NCBI GenBank assembly: GCA_934691225.1
Contig: CAKUSQ010000001.1
Coordinates: forward strand, 180,001 to 212,000
Source: an uncultured Opitutales bacterium
GTDB taxonomy: Bacteria; Verrucomicrobiota; Verrucomicrobiia; Opitutales; UBA9783
Direction of reading: 5' to 3'
DNA length: 32,000 bases
In this document: one piece after another, positions 8,045-18,750 of the stretch
Layout: each line of letters begins with the position of its first letter
How positions within the stretch are numbered: position 1 is the first letter of the stretch
The notes under the pieces: generated by a model
Told to the model about the DNA's origin: nothing
What the model saw: the letters and a program-made list of their open reading frames with translations, nothing else
The model's database searches: none
Translations under genes and position numbers: made by a program

Positions 8045-9650
8045 AACTTGGATCCTCTTATTTGCATCTACCTTTAGTTTATTGCTATCAGGATGCGAAT
8101 TCTTTAAAACAAAGGAAATCGATAAAGCTAAAAAAGCGGGCATACTTCTTGTAGGGATTGGACCTGATCCAGAAACTTTGGACCCTCAATGTGCAACGGG
8201 TGTCACAGAACAAAATGTTCTTAGAGCTTTATTTGAAGGCTTGGTGAAACCGCACCCTGAAACGATAGAACCTCGCCCCGGTGTAGCAAAACGCTGGTCT
8301 ATTAGTGAAGACGGACTCATTTATACGTTTTATTTGCGTAAAAATGCCCACTGGAGTAATGGTGACCCGCTCACCGCTGAAGATTTTGTATTTTCATTTC
8401 AACGATTGCTAACTCAAGAAATTGCATCTCCAGGTGCTACATCTTTCTTTACTATAAAAAATGCAAAAGCCTTCTATCACAAAAATGTTTCCTTTGATGA
8501 AGTTGGTGTTAAAGCAATTAATTCTCATGTTTTACAGATCACATTAGAAAAACCAACCCCTTATTTTCTTTCACTTCTCATGCAAACTTATGCATACCCA
8601 TTGCATCACGCAACTTTGAAAAAGTGCAATGGTGAATTTACACGCGATCCTTCTTGGACTCGTGAACAGTTTTTCGTTTCTAATGGAGCTTTTCGCCTAA
8701 AACAATGGAAAACAAGTGAATGCATCGATGTTTACAAAAATGAAAATTATTGGAATAAAAATCAGGTTAAACTAAATGGTATTAAATTTAAACCCATTGC
8801 TGATGTAACAACCGAAGAACGTGCTTTTCGAAGCCATCAACTTCATATTACAGAAAATGTTCCCTATACCAAATTAAAAACATATCATGAAAAAACAAAT
8901 TCTCCGCTGCAAGTTCATGATTATTTAGGTACATTTTATTATATTTTTAATACAAAGGTAAAACCTCTAGACGATGTTCGTGTACGTAAAGCTTTAAATT
9001 TAGCTCTTAGCCGTAACCTGCTTATGGGAGGTGATTTGTTTAATATCAAACATAAATCTACCTTTCAATTGGTGCCCGAAGGATGTCAAAACTTTCACTG
9101 CCAACAACCGCTGCATGAAGATGGTTTACAAGCCCGTCAGTTGCTTGCAGAAGCTGGATATCCAAATGGTCAAAACTTTCCTAAGTTAACACTTACATTT
9201 AATTTATCTGAAGGACAAATGTATCTCGCAGCCGCCATTCAAGAGATGTGGAAAAGAGTACTTAACATCAACATTGAACTCGTCACACTTGAATGGAAAG
9301 TTTACCTCAAATATCGCCGCGAAAAGAACTTTGAAATAGCTCGTGGAGGTTGGATTGGCGATTACAATGATCCAACAACCTTCTTGGATCTTTGGTTACA
9401 CGATAGTCCTAATAATTATACAAATTGGCAAAACGCAAAATTTGATGATTTATTGGCTCAAGCTGCTCAAGAACCTCACGCAGCAAAACGTATACACTTA
9501 CTTGAAGAAGCTGAAAATATTCTGTTGGAAGAGGTTCCTCTTTTGCCATTACACGCTAGTGCCACTTCTCATTTGGTTCATCCTTCCGTAAAAAATTGGT
9601 TTGCCAATTTGCTAGACTGGCACCCTTACGACTGCATTTACCTTGAATAA
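8034..9650 (+). CDS. ABC transporter substrate-binding lipoprotein, peptide/nickel (OppA/DppA, family 5) type
   Basis: The ATG at 8034 gives MKNKTWILLFASTFSLLLSGC, a lipobox LSGC. The body matches SBP_bac_5 (TLDP......E..V...LFEGLV.........PG.A..W.IS.DG..YTF.LRK.A.WS.GDP.TA.DF). Overlaps the upstream stop by 11 nt; the ORF-track start at 7986 is rejected. Confidence 0.8.
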   Translation: MKNKTWILLFASTFSLLLSGCEFFKTKEIDKAKKAGILLVGIGPDPETLDPQCATGVTEQNVLRALFEGLVKPHPETIEPRPGVAKRWSISEDGLIYTFYLRKNAHWSNGDPLTAEDFVFSFQRLLTQEIASPGATSFFTIKNAKAFYHKNVSFDEVGVKAINSHVLQITLEKPTPYFLSLLMQTYAYPLHHATLKKCNGEFTRDPSWTREQFFVSNGAFRLKQWKTSECIDVYKNENYWNKNQVKLNGIKFKPIADVTTEERAFRSHQLHITENVPYTKLKTYHEKTNSPLQVHDYLGTFYYIFNTKVKPLDDVRVRKALNLALSRNLLMGGDLFNIKHKSTFQLVPEGCQNFHCQQPLHEDGLQARQLLAEAGYPNGQNFPKLTLTFNLSEGQMYLAAAIQEMWKRVLNINIELVTLEWKVYLKYRREKNFEIARGGWIGDYNDPTTFLDLWLHDSPNNYTNWQNAKFDDLLAQAAQEPHAAKRIHLLEEAENILLEEVPLLPLHASATSHLVHPSVKNWFANLLDWHPYDCIYLE

Positions 9651-9654
9651 ACAT

Positions 9655-9678
9655 AAAGGCGTTCATAAGAACGCCTTT
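9655..9678. terminator. bidirectional intrinsic terminator hairpin between convergent genes
   Basis: Perfect 10-bp stem: AAAGGCGTTC (9655-9664), loop ATAA, GAACGCCTTT (9669-9678), with A/T-rich flanks. It lies between the oppA-like stop (9650) and the thioesterase stop (9691). Confidence 0.6.
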
Positions 9679-9690
9679 ATTATTTAAATA

Positions 9691-10095
9691 TCAACCATAA
9701 ATAGCCTGCATTTTTTGAACAAAAAAATCAGGTGGCTTTATGAGTTTTCGTTGCTGATTTATAAATGCATGAACAGTAAAACCTTTTGCAATGCACTGAT
9801 CTTGGCGCATAATTTCATAAGTGATTGTAAAACGAATATGTTGGAAATCCTCCGAAGGAATTACAACAATTTTTAAATCATCGTCAAAAAAAGCAGGCAT
9901 CTTATAGGATAAATCCACTTGAACCACAGGTAAAAAGAAGCCTTCTTTTTCCATATTTTTATAATCTATTCCTAATGATCTTAACCACTCCACACGCGCT
10001 GATTCAAGCCAAACAAAATAGCGGCTATGATGAACAACACCCATAGCATCTGTTTCTGCGTATCGAACACGCAAAGAAATTTCGAAAGGCTTCAT
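9691..10095 (-). CDS. acyl-CoA thioesterase, YbgC/4HBT (hotdog fold) family
   Basis: MKPFEISLRVRYAETDAMGVVHHSRYFVWLESARVEWLRSLG is the classic YbgC/FadM N-terminus with the catalytic Asp. The ATG at 10095 shares one nucleotide with the atpC TGA (TGATG). Confidence 0.8.
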   Translation of the reverse strand: MKPFEISLRVRYAETDAMGVVHHSRYFVWLESARVEWLRSLGIDYKNMEKEGFFLPVVQVDLSYKMPAFFDDDLKIVVIPSEDFQHIRFTITYEIMRQDQCIAKGFTVHAFINQQRKLIKPPDFFVQKMQAIYG

Positions 10096-10511
10096 CAACG
10101 TTTTGCCTGCTTCGTTAATTTTTGAGCAACCTGGAAACGTAACATTTTATCCAAACGTTCCAACTCTTCTGCATCAACTAACTTATCACTTTTTGCTTTT
10201 TCTAAAGCTTCCTGTGCGCGATGAACAGCTGCATCAATTGAAGATTCGTCCAAAGCCTGAACATCGATAGCTGCCTCTGATAACAAAATCAATTCTGAAC
10301 CATGGAGTTTGAAAAAACCAGTATCAATCGCCATTGGAATAGAACCCCCTTCAGATGTATAAAAAACGGTTCCTGGTTCCAAAATACCTACGATAGGCAA
10401 ATGTCCCTCTAAAATTTCAATTTCCCCCAATGCTGTTGGCAAAATCACGGATGATACCTGACCTTCAAAAACGATTTTTTCAGGAACAATAATTTTTAAT
10501 GTCAGCGCCAT
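10095..10511 (-). CDS. atpC: F1 ATP synthase subunit epsilon
   Basis: 138 aa. L.L.IV.PE...F.G.V..V.LP...GE.GIL.GH.P..... beta-sandwich region plus a C-terminal helical hairpin. It is the last gene of the atp operon. Confidence 0.9.
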   Translation of the reverse strand: MALTLKIIVPEKIVFEGQVSSVILPTALGEIEILEGHLPIVGILEPGTVFYTSEGGSIPMAIDTGFFKLHGSELILLSEAAIDVQALDESSIDAAVHRAQEALEKAKSDKLVDAEELERLDKMLRFQVAQKLTKQAKR

Positions 10512-10513
10512 AC

Positions 10514-11941
<1,428 letters not shown>

Positions 11942-12826
11942 TTATTGTGCATTCTGACTTGCTGTAATTTCAACAATTTCCTGTGTAATTCCAGTTTGCC
12001 GAGCCTTATTATACTCCAACTGTAAATCCTGCATAAGCGATTCTGCATTATCGGTAGCCCCTTTCATCGCCACCATACGAGCACTGTGCTCTGATGCCTT
12101 CGCTTCCAATAAAATTTGATAAAGCGTTTTCTTTAAAAAAAGTAAAGGCAAACGCTCCAAAATGGTTTTGCCATCTGGCTCCAAAATAAAGTCCCACTCG
12201 TCCACCTTTAGCTTCGTTTTATCAATCCCCATCCAATCATATAAATGTGATAATTCTGTTTCAAAATCCGTCATAGGTAATAAGCGTCTGATAACAGCTT
12301 CCTGCACAAGCGTATTTTTAAAGCGTGGGAATAGAACCTCTACAGTATCAATTTTCTTCGATTGATAGGCATCCACTAAAAAATGAACAAGCGTCTGGAC
12401 CTGCTTAAATGAAATAACATCTGGACAATTAAAATGACCTAAAACCTCCTTTTGAACCCTTGACAAAAACTGCATACCTTTTTGTCCCATCACTACAAAA
12501 CGCGTCGTATTAGGTAATTGTAAAGCAGCTTTTATAAGATTTTGATTCAAAGAACCACAAAGTCCTTTATCGGGTGTAATCAACAAAACTCCCCTGTGTT
12601 GAACTGAACGTTCCTGCAAAAAAGGATGTTGAACTGAACTCCACGAAACCTGCTTGGTTAATGCGTGAAGTAAATTAGCTAATTCATAGGCATAAACACG
12701 ACTTCCTAATGCACTGTCCTGCGCCTTTTTCATCTTTGATGAGGCCACTAACTCCATAGCACGGGTAATTTGAGCCGTATTTTTTATAGCTCGAATGCGT
12801 GTTCTAATTTCTCGCATGCCTTTCAT
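11942..12826 (-). CDS. atpG: F1 ATP synthase subunit gamma
   Basis: 294 aa. N-terminus R.RI..I.NT.QITRAMELVASSKM.KAQ and C-terminus YNKARQ..IT.EI.EI. Confidence 0.93.
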   Translation of the reverse strand: MKGMREIRTRIRAIKNTAQITRAMELVASSKMKKAQDSALGSRVYAYELANLLHALTKQVSWSSVQHPFLQERSVQHRGVLLITPDKGLCGSLNQNLIKAALQLPNTTRFVVMGQKGMQFLSRVQKEVLGHFNCPDVISFKQVQTLVHFLVDAYQSKKIDTVEVLFPRFKNTLVQEAVIRRLLPMTDFETELSHLYDWMGIDKTKLKVDEWDFILEPDGKTILERLPLLFLKKTLYQILLEAKASEHSARMVAMKGATDNAESLMQDLQLEYNKARQTGITQEIVEITASQNAQ

Positions 12827-12829
12827 GTT

Positions 12830-14359
12830 TTACCCCTGTGTTTTTTGCCAATCTTCAAAAATAGACTTCAAAATCTGAACTAATTCATCTGAAAGAACTT
12901 TTTCAGTATGCAAGCGGGCCAAGAACTCCTTCTGAAGATTGCTAAAATAATCTGATAAACGCTGAACATAATGCGGCATATCTGACAATGCAACCTTATC
13001 AAAAATCCCCTGTTGAACTGCCCATAACAATACAACTTGTATTTCTACAGGACGTGACACATGAACCCCTTGCTTCAACAACTCAAGGATATGTTGACCA
13101 CGCTCTAATTGTTTCCTTGTTTTCGCATCCAAATCCGACCCAAATTGCATAAATGCCTGCAATTCTTGGTACTGTGCCATTTCCAATTTTAGTTGTCCAG
13201 CAACCTTTTTTAAAGCTTTCATTTGTGCAGCAGAACCTACACGAGACACAGAAATACCTACTGAAATGGCTGGACGCAAACCTTGATTAAACAAATCCGT
13301 TTCTAAGAACAACTGCCCATCTGTAATTGAAATAACATTTGTAGGAATATATGCCGAAACATCACCTGCTTGCGTTTCAATAATAGGCAAAGCTGTTAAA
13401 GACCCATTGCCATATTGCTTATTTAATCGTGCAGAACGTTCCAATAGCCGCGAATGCAAATAAAAAACATCTCCCGGGAACGCTTCACGTCCTGAAGGTC
13501 TCTTTAATACCAAAGAAATTTGCCGATAAGCCACAGCATGCTTAGACAAATCATCATAAACGATAAGCGCATCCATTCCATTTTGCATGAAATATTCTCC
13601 CATAGCCGTACCGGCATAAGGAGCGATGTATTGATTAGTCGCATTATCAGAGGCTGAAGCAGAAACCACAATAGTATACTCTAAGGCACCATGATCTTCT
13701 AAAACCTTTAACGTTCTTGCAATAGTCGCATTTTTTTGCCCAATAGCAACATAAATCGAATATACAGGTCTAAAATCTGCCTCACCACTGGCTAAACCTT
13801 GACGATTCAATTCCGCTTGGTGTAAAATGGCATCCAATGCTAAAGTTGTTTTTCCTGTGGAACGATCCCCAATGATCAATTCTCGTTGACCTCGTCCAAT
13901 AGGAAACATAGCATCTACCGATAAAATACCTGTCTGAAGTGGCTGATCCACTGATTGTCTAGCGATTATTCCTGGTGCAATCTTTTCAACGGGGTAATGA
14001 TCTTCTGCAACGATATCACCTTTGCCATCAATCGGCTGCCCCAAGGCATCTACCACACGACCTAACAATCCTTTACCTACCGGCACAGAAAGCAATCTTC
14101 CCGTTGTTTTACAAGTATCCCCGACCTTCAAATGTGAGGTATCTCCCATCAAAACAACCCCAACTTCATCCTCTTCCAGATTCAAGGCTATTCCATAGAC
14201 ATTATTAGGGAATTCAACCATTTCATTGGACATTACTTCCGATAAACCTTCCACTTTGGCAACAGAATCTGCTAATGCAATAATTTTCCCAACATTTGAA
14301 TGAATAGGTTTATTTTCAAACTTTTCAATTGCTTCTTTAATCTCTGAAAGAATAGCCAT
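12830..14359 (-). CDS. atpA: F1 ATP synthase subunit alpha
   Basis: 509 aa. Walker A GDRSTGKT, plus IYVAIGQK and [22 protein letters not shown]. Confidence 0.97.
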   Translation of the reverse strand: MAILSEIKEAIEKFENKPIHSNVGKIIALADSVAKVEGLSEVMSNEMVEFPNNVYGIALNLEEDEVGVVLMGDTSHLKVGDTCKTTGRLLSVPVGKGLLGRVVDALGQPIDGKGDIVAEDHYPVEKIAPGIIARQSVDQPLQTGILSVDAMFPIGRGQRELIIGDRSTGKTTLALDAILHQAELNRQGLASGEADFRPVYSIYVAIGQKNATIARTLKVLEDHGALEYTIVVSASASDNATNQYIAPYAGTAMGEYFMQNGMDALIVYDDLSKHAVAYRQISLVLKRPSGREAFPGDVFYLHSRLLERSARLNKQYGNGSLTALPIIETQAGDVSAYIPTNVISITDGQLFLETDLFNQGLRPAISVGISVSRVGSAAQMKALKKVAGQLKLEMAQYQELQAFMQFGSDLDAKTRKQLERGQHILELLKQGVHVSRPVEIQVVLLWAVQQGIFDKVALSDMPHYVQRLSDYFSNLQKEFLARLHTEKVLSDELVQILKSIFEDWQKTQG

Positions 14360-14365
14360 AATTTT

Positions 14366-14755
14366 TTATTTTAAAGTGTTAACCAGTGCATTTAATTGAG
14401 CTTTTACGGAGAAATCTAAAATATTATCCTCCTTCTTCAACCTAAAACCGCCTATAAGTTCAGGATTTTCTTCCCATACTATTTCACTACTTTCAAAATT
14501 TTTACTCGATTCCAAAGCACGCTTCAAGGCCTCAAAATCTATACTGCCGGCATACTCCACTTGGACATGTTTTTTATAATAAACTTTTTTTAAACAAGCC
14601 TCAAAATAATTCAAAAATTGCTTAGCGTTTTGAGGAAATCTTTGAATCAAAAACTGAGCAACTGCCTTTACTCGCAATAATAGCATCTCAGAAGCAGCCT
14701 CGAACACAAAGTTTGCTAAACGTTGTATCAAAAACTTATGTTTTCGCTCCATCAT
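14366..14755 (-). CDS. atpH: F1Fo ATP synthase subunit delta (OSCP), unusually short (129 aa)
   Basis: Sits between atpF and atpA. The C-terminus [26 protein letters not shown] matches the delta signature (LIGG....G....D.S....L..L). The ATG overlaps the atpF stop by 4 nt (ATGA). Confidence 0.75.
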   Translation of the reverse strand: MMERKHKFLIQRLANFVFEAASEMLLLRVKAVAQFLIQRFPQNAKQFLNYFEACLKKVYYKKHVQVEYAGSIDFEALKRALESSKNFESSEIVWEENPELIGGFRLKKEDNILDFSVKAQLNALVNTLK

Positions 14756-15324
14756 TTACGTTGCTCCGCTTCTAAAGCTAATGTTGCCTGAACATTTAAC
14801 TTAGCACGGACATCATCCGTCAAAACATTTTTCAATAAGCGTTCTGTAGTAGCCACTACCAAAGAAGCCACTTCTGTACGAACTTCAGAAAGCATATTCT
14901 TGCGTTCCATAGCAATTCCATCTTGAGCTTGCTGCATCATCTGCTCAATTTTTTGATCAGCCGCTTTTTTTTGCTCTTGCAAATAATATTCGCTTTCCTG
15001 CTTTGTTTTTGCGAACAATGATTGTGCCTCATCTTGTGCTTTCCGAAGCAATGCTAAACGTTCTTTTTCTGCTGATGCTAACTGAGCCTTCATCTCTTCA
15101 GCATACTGTAAACCTTCAGAAATTTTCTTTTGCCGCTCCTCAACCGTTTTCAAAACAGGCTTAACTGCAAAACGATAAAGCACATAGCTCACCAAACAAA
15201 AATTAATAATTTGAGCTATCAGCAAATTCCCCTGAACACCGAATGTATCCATTAAACGCGTAACCGCATTTTCAGGCTCATTCACTGCTGCTCCTAAAAA
15301 AATGAAAGGTGTATAGATCATCAT
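14752..15324 (-). CDS. atpF: Fo ATP synthase subunit b
   Basis: [35 protein letters not shown] is followed by a long charged coiled coil. The first ATG is at 15324; the ORF-track start at 15330 is a TTG two codons upstream. The true start could be further in, at MDTF. Confidence 0.85.
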   Translation of the reverse strand: MMIYTPFIFLGAAVNEPENAVTRLMDTFGVQGNLLIAQIINFCLVSYVLYRFAVKPVLKTVEERQKKISEGLQYAEEMKAQLASAEKERLALLRKAQDEAQSLFAKTKQESEYYLQEQKKAADQKIEQMMQQAQDGIAMERKNMLSEVRTEVASLVVATTERLLKNVLTDDVRAKLNVQATLALEAEQRK

Positions 15325-15341
15325 TCGCAACTCATTGAATT

Positions 15342-15557
15342 CTAACCTTGATATAAGAACAATGAATAAAAGGCAACCGCTTCAGCCAATGCCATACCCA
15401 AAATGGATTGAACCAAAATCTTTCCTGAAACGCCAGGATTACGACCTACCATTTCAACAGCTTTCATACCTATCATGGCTACACCAATTGCGGCCCCAAA
15501 ACATCCCAATGCCGAGGTTAAACCACGTCCGATATTTCCTAATGTATTGATATCCAT
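15342..15557 (-). CDS. atpE: Fo ATP synthase subunit c
   Basis: 71 aa, a two-helix hairpin with a Gly-rich helix 1 ([13 protein letters not shown]), an RNP loop (GRNPG) and the carboxylate in helix 2 (LAEAVAFY). Confidence 0.93.
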   Translation of the reverse strand: MDINTLGNIGRGLTSALGCFGAAIGVAMIGMKAVEMVGRNPGVSGKILVQSILGMALAEAVAFYSLFLYQG

Positions 15558-15607
15558 AATTTTTTATTAAGTTTAATTGTTATTTCTCCTAAAAATTCCC
15601 ATCGCAC

Positions 15608-16459
15608 TTAACTTTCATCTCCATGATTACAAATGCTGCCCACATAAACCGCAACCAACAATGTAAAAACTAATGCTTGAACAGCGCCTATGAGAATTTC
15701 CAGAAAATAAAAAGGTATCGGAATTAAAAATTTAGTCCATGGAGCCAATGCCATGATATTATTCAACAAGTTTTCTCCACCAAAAACGTTCCCATACAAA
15801 CGAAACGACAACGATACCAAACGAAAGAGAATAGAAATGCATTCGATGAATCCCACACCTAAAAAAATAAAGAACAAAAAAGCGTAAATTCCAAAAGAAA
15901 CTTCGCTTCGATCCGCTTTATTACCGAAAATATGCAGGATAGCTCCCTTAATGCCTTCATACTTAAAAACAAAGAAAAACCATGCAATAAAAGAAATCAT
16001 CGCTAAGGCTAATGTTGCATTTAAATCTGCATTAGAAGGCCGGAAAAAATACTTAAAATGCTCATGCTCATAAAACCCTATTGTACCTACTCCCGGAAAC
16101 AAACTGCTCCAATTTTGTATTAAAATGTATATGAAAAAACTTATGAGCAATGGGAAAGCTGTTTTCACAACGCGTTGCCCTACAATAGGTGAAACCATAT
16201 TGTAAATTCCATCCACTAGGCTTTCAACCACAATTTGGCCACGCGTAGGAATCAATTGCGGTTTTCCAACCAACCAACGAACTAAAACAATAATTGCCAA
16301 TGAAATAATCCATGTATACAAAATCCCATTTGTTACAGAAAACCCACCTATTGAAAAAAGCACATAAGGTTTAGGGCTAACAGCCACACTTGCTTGACTT
16401 ATCGTTGTTAAAAAACATCCCGAAATCGCCAATAAAATTTTTTTCAACATATGATTCAT
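15608..16459 (-). CDS. atpB: Fo ATP synthase subunit a
   Basis: 283 aa. LSFRLYGNVFGGE carries the essential Arg. The N-terminus MNHMLKKILLAISGCFLTTISQASV looks like a signal peptide or lipobox. Confidence 0.9.
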   Translation of the reverse strand: MNHMLKKILLAISGCFLTTISQASVAVSPKPYVLFSIGGFSVTNGILYTWIISLAIIVLVRWLVGKPQLIPTRGQIVVESLVDGIYNMVSPIVGQRVVKTAFPLLISFFIYILIQNWSSLFPGVGTIGFYEHEHFKYFFRPSNADLNATLALAMISFIAWFFFVFKYEGIKGAILHIFGNKADRSEVSFGIYAFLFFIFLGVGFIECISILFRLVSLSFRLYGNVFGGENLLNNIMALAPWTKFLIPIPFYFLEILIGAVQALVFTLLVAVYVGSICNHGDES

Positions 16460-16549
16460 TATATCGAATTTTTCAAAAAAAGTTAAGCCTTTTTATCATT
16501 TTGTAACATAAAAGTTTTAAAAAACTCAACGAAAATTTTCAAAGAAATT

Positions 16550-17605
16550 TTATTTTAAACTTATAAATAAAACATAAAACAACACTGGACCCACTGCATT
16601 CGCTAAAAATCCAACATTTACAGAAGCATTTAAATGATGATAAACCTCTTCCTTATGCTTACTGTATAAAACTTTCCAAATAACATTAACCAAAACACCA
16701 AAAAGCCCCCAACCAACTGCTCCACTCAACACATACATGCCACCTCCTAGCCTACTGAAATAAACTAAACTTAATATAAAAGCAACCTGTGAAACAATAA
16801 GTAAAACGATATACAATTCTGCTATCCATTTCTTATTTTTCCAATAAAAACCAAAAATCCACTGAAACAAAATGATTCCAAGTACTTGCGGAAATGCACA
16901 CCGACCTAACTGTGTTAAATCGATTCCCCAACGATAACAAAAAAATTCTAAATGAAAAAATAGCCCTGAAGTTAATACAACAGGTAAATAAATAACCATA
17001 TTACTGAAAATAAAACGTATATCGTACAAATCTCTAAACTTAACAACGTTTTCAGTGCCTTGCCAATAATCATAACGTTTTACAAAGATAGCTACAAAAC
17101 CATAGATAAAACCAAGCCATAAAAATAAACTATCCCAACAAAAATAATGTAGCCATTCCAATTCAAAGAACGGATAGATAAAAACCATCATGGTCCCCAA
17201 AGCTTCTAAAATACCCACACGCTTACCATAAACCGTCCCATCTGAAATTTTCAACACCCACGTACGACAAGCAACTACCATCAAACCTTGGCCTACATAC
17301 TGAAATATAAAAAAAACAATGCAAAGCCATCCTTGAAAAATGCCCACACGTGCACCAAAAACCCATACAAAACAAGTTGCACTTAACCATCGTAGTGATG
17401 CACAAATTCCACAACGCCATCTAAAAACATTTAATGATACAAATACTAGTAGCGTTACAATTCCATAAATGCTCGTTAATTCTTGGCGAGAAATTGAAAA
17501 TTCTTCTAACCACTGTTCAGTAAAAGCCCCCAAACACATCACATTTGTAGGAACTGTCAACAAATATAATCCAACAATTATCCAAAAATCAATGTGCTTT
17601 TTCAT
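16550..17605 (-). CDS. polytopic membrane protein (about 10 TM), possibly an MFS-type transporter
   Basis: 351 aa, very hydrophobic and rich in Trp/Phe/Cys. The two halves look weakly alike (EEFSISRQELTSIYG... and YRWGIDLTQLGRCAF...), suggesting MFS-like internal duplication. No firm motif recognised. Confidence 0.45.
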   Translation of the reverse strand: MKKHIDFWIIVGLYLLTVPTNVMCLGAFTEQWLEEFSISRQELTSIYGIVTLLVFVSLNVFRWRCGICASLRWLSATCFVWVFGARVGIFQGWLCIVFFIFQYVGQGLMVVACRTWVLKISDGTVYGKRVGILEALGTMMVFIYPFFELEWLHYFCWDSLFLWLGFIYGFVAIFVKRYDYWQGTENVVKFRDLYDIRFIFSNMVIYLPVVLTSGLFFHLEFFCYRWGIDLTQLGRCAFPQVLGIILFQWIFGFYWKNKKWIAELYIVLLIVSQVAFILSLVYFSRLGGGMYVLSGAVGWGLFGVLVNVIWKVLYSKHKEEVYHHLNASVNVGFLANAVGPVLFYVLFISLK

Positions 17606-18470
17606 GCAATTTTCTTACGCACCACCCTGTGTAAATGTATATCAACCCTAATATCCCTACAACAAACCATGAATCTGTTAACCGACCTGTCCCCCAAAAA
17701 CAACATACAGATGAATTAAAAGCATACTGTTTGCGCAAAACCATTAAAATAAAAACTAACCCCTGATGAAACCCAATGCAAGCCCATAAAGATTTATAAA
17801 TAAGCCTTAAATGCACTAATATTCCATTTAAAAAAAACAAACAAAGAAAATACGTCCACTGTATTCGACTAAAAATATCCACAACAGAATGGTACGCACA
17901 TTGCAAACTTTGCACAAAAAGCCAAACAGAACTACATGTATGTGCACATTTTGAAAAATGCAATAATGCAAATATTAAACCTAACAAACATTGACTAACA
18001 AATATTGTACATCTCTGGTTTAAAACTTCAAAAAAGAATCCTCTAAATATCCATTCTTCCAAAACAGCTATTGTAAAACTAGCAAAAAAAATTCCTACAT
18101 ACGAAATGTGAACATTTACATTCACTGTCAAAGGTTTTGTAAATGCTACAACACAGCCTAAAAGCATAAACCACAGCACTATTCCCTTGATCATATTCAA
18201 TATAAAAATTCGCCACTTAAATGGGAACAACCATTGACTCCAACGAATATCGAAAAAACGCATCCCCAAAGGTATTATACAAAGAAAACCTATTAAACGC
18301 CAACGGTCCACGTATTGCGCTAAAGGTTTTTTAGATAAATAATTTAATAAATCACAAGGCCAAATAACAACTAAACTTTGGATAATTTTGTAAGACAAAC
18401 ATCCTAAAATAGCAGCGCATAAAAGCAACGTTAGATAAATAAACAAAAGCCAACTTATGCTTTTTTTCAT
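17589..18470 (-). CDS. CPBP-family (CAAX protease / Abi) intramembrane glutamic metalloprotease
   Basis: Motif 1 is EEWIFRG (EExxxR) and motif 2 is FALLHF (FxxxH); a third His lies in GFHQG. About 8 TM helices. The first ATG is at 18470 (MKKSISW...); the ORF-track start at 18485 is a TTG. Its 3' end overlaps the next gene by 17 nt. Confidence 0.75.
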   Translation of the reverse strand: MKKSISWLLFIYLTLLLCAAILGCLSYKIIQSLVVIWPCDLLNYLSKKPLAQYVDRWRLIGFLCIIPLGMRFFDIRWSQWLFPFKWRIFILNMIKGIVLWFMLLGCVVAFTKPLTVNVNVHISYVGIFFASFTIAVLEEWIFRGFFFEVLNQRCTIFVSQCLLGLIFALLHFSKCAHTCSSVWLFVQSLQCAYHSVVDIFSRIQWTYFLCLFFLNGILVHLRLIYKSLWACIGFHQGLVFILMVLRKQYAFNSSVCCFWGTGRLTDSWFVVGILGLIYIYTGWCVRKLHEKAH

Positions 18471-18491
18471 ATTTAAGGAAATCAAGTAAAA

Positions 18492-18568
18492 TGGTGGGAG
18501 GTACTGGAGTCGAACCAGCGACCCCTAGCGTGTCATGCTAGTGCTCTAACCAACTGAGCTAACCCCCC
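18492..18568 (-). tRNA. tRNA-Val (anticodon GAC), CCA encoded
   Basis: The reverse complement folds by hand into a 77-nt cloverleaf: GGGGGGT TA GCTC AGTTGGTTA GAGC A CTAGC AT-GAC-AC GCTAG GGGTC GCTGG TTCGACT CCAGT ACCTCCC A CCA. Confidence 0.95.
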
Positions 18569-18750
18569 AGTTAACACAACTAAGTTGCCCGATTTTTTCA
18601 CACATAGCAAGCAAATTTCTTTAAAAAACACATTCTTTATATTTTTAGCTAACATTTTATCGAATTCACGTTTACTTTATTAAGTTAATCATCAAACAAT
18701 GCTTGACAAGAACTCCAGAGTAATTCAGGGTCTTACTTTTAAGGTCCATA

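Noticed and set aside
15608-16459. A lipobox-like ISGC in the N-terminus of ATP synthase subunit a, as evidence for a lipidated a subunit.
   Set aside because: Signal-like N-terminal extensions on subunit a occur in several bacterial groups. An SPase I site (SQA-SV) is equally plausible. The sequence alone does not support a claim.
18400-18700. Genomic-island integration at tRNA-Val, and similarly at tRNA-Thr (28155-28230).
   Set aside because: There is no integrase or recombinase gene, I could find no duplicated tRNA 3' segment as an att repeat, and the flanking genes are ordinary.
18569-18750. Perfect TTGACA at 18703-18708 upstream of the helicase gene, and a possible ncRNA in this 182-nt spacer.
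   Set aside because: No acceptable -10 hexamer lies at 16-19 nt spacing; TAATTC is only 12 nt away. No stable stem-loops or conserved-looking structure were seen.
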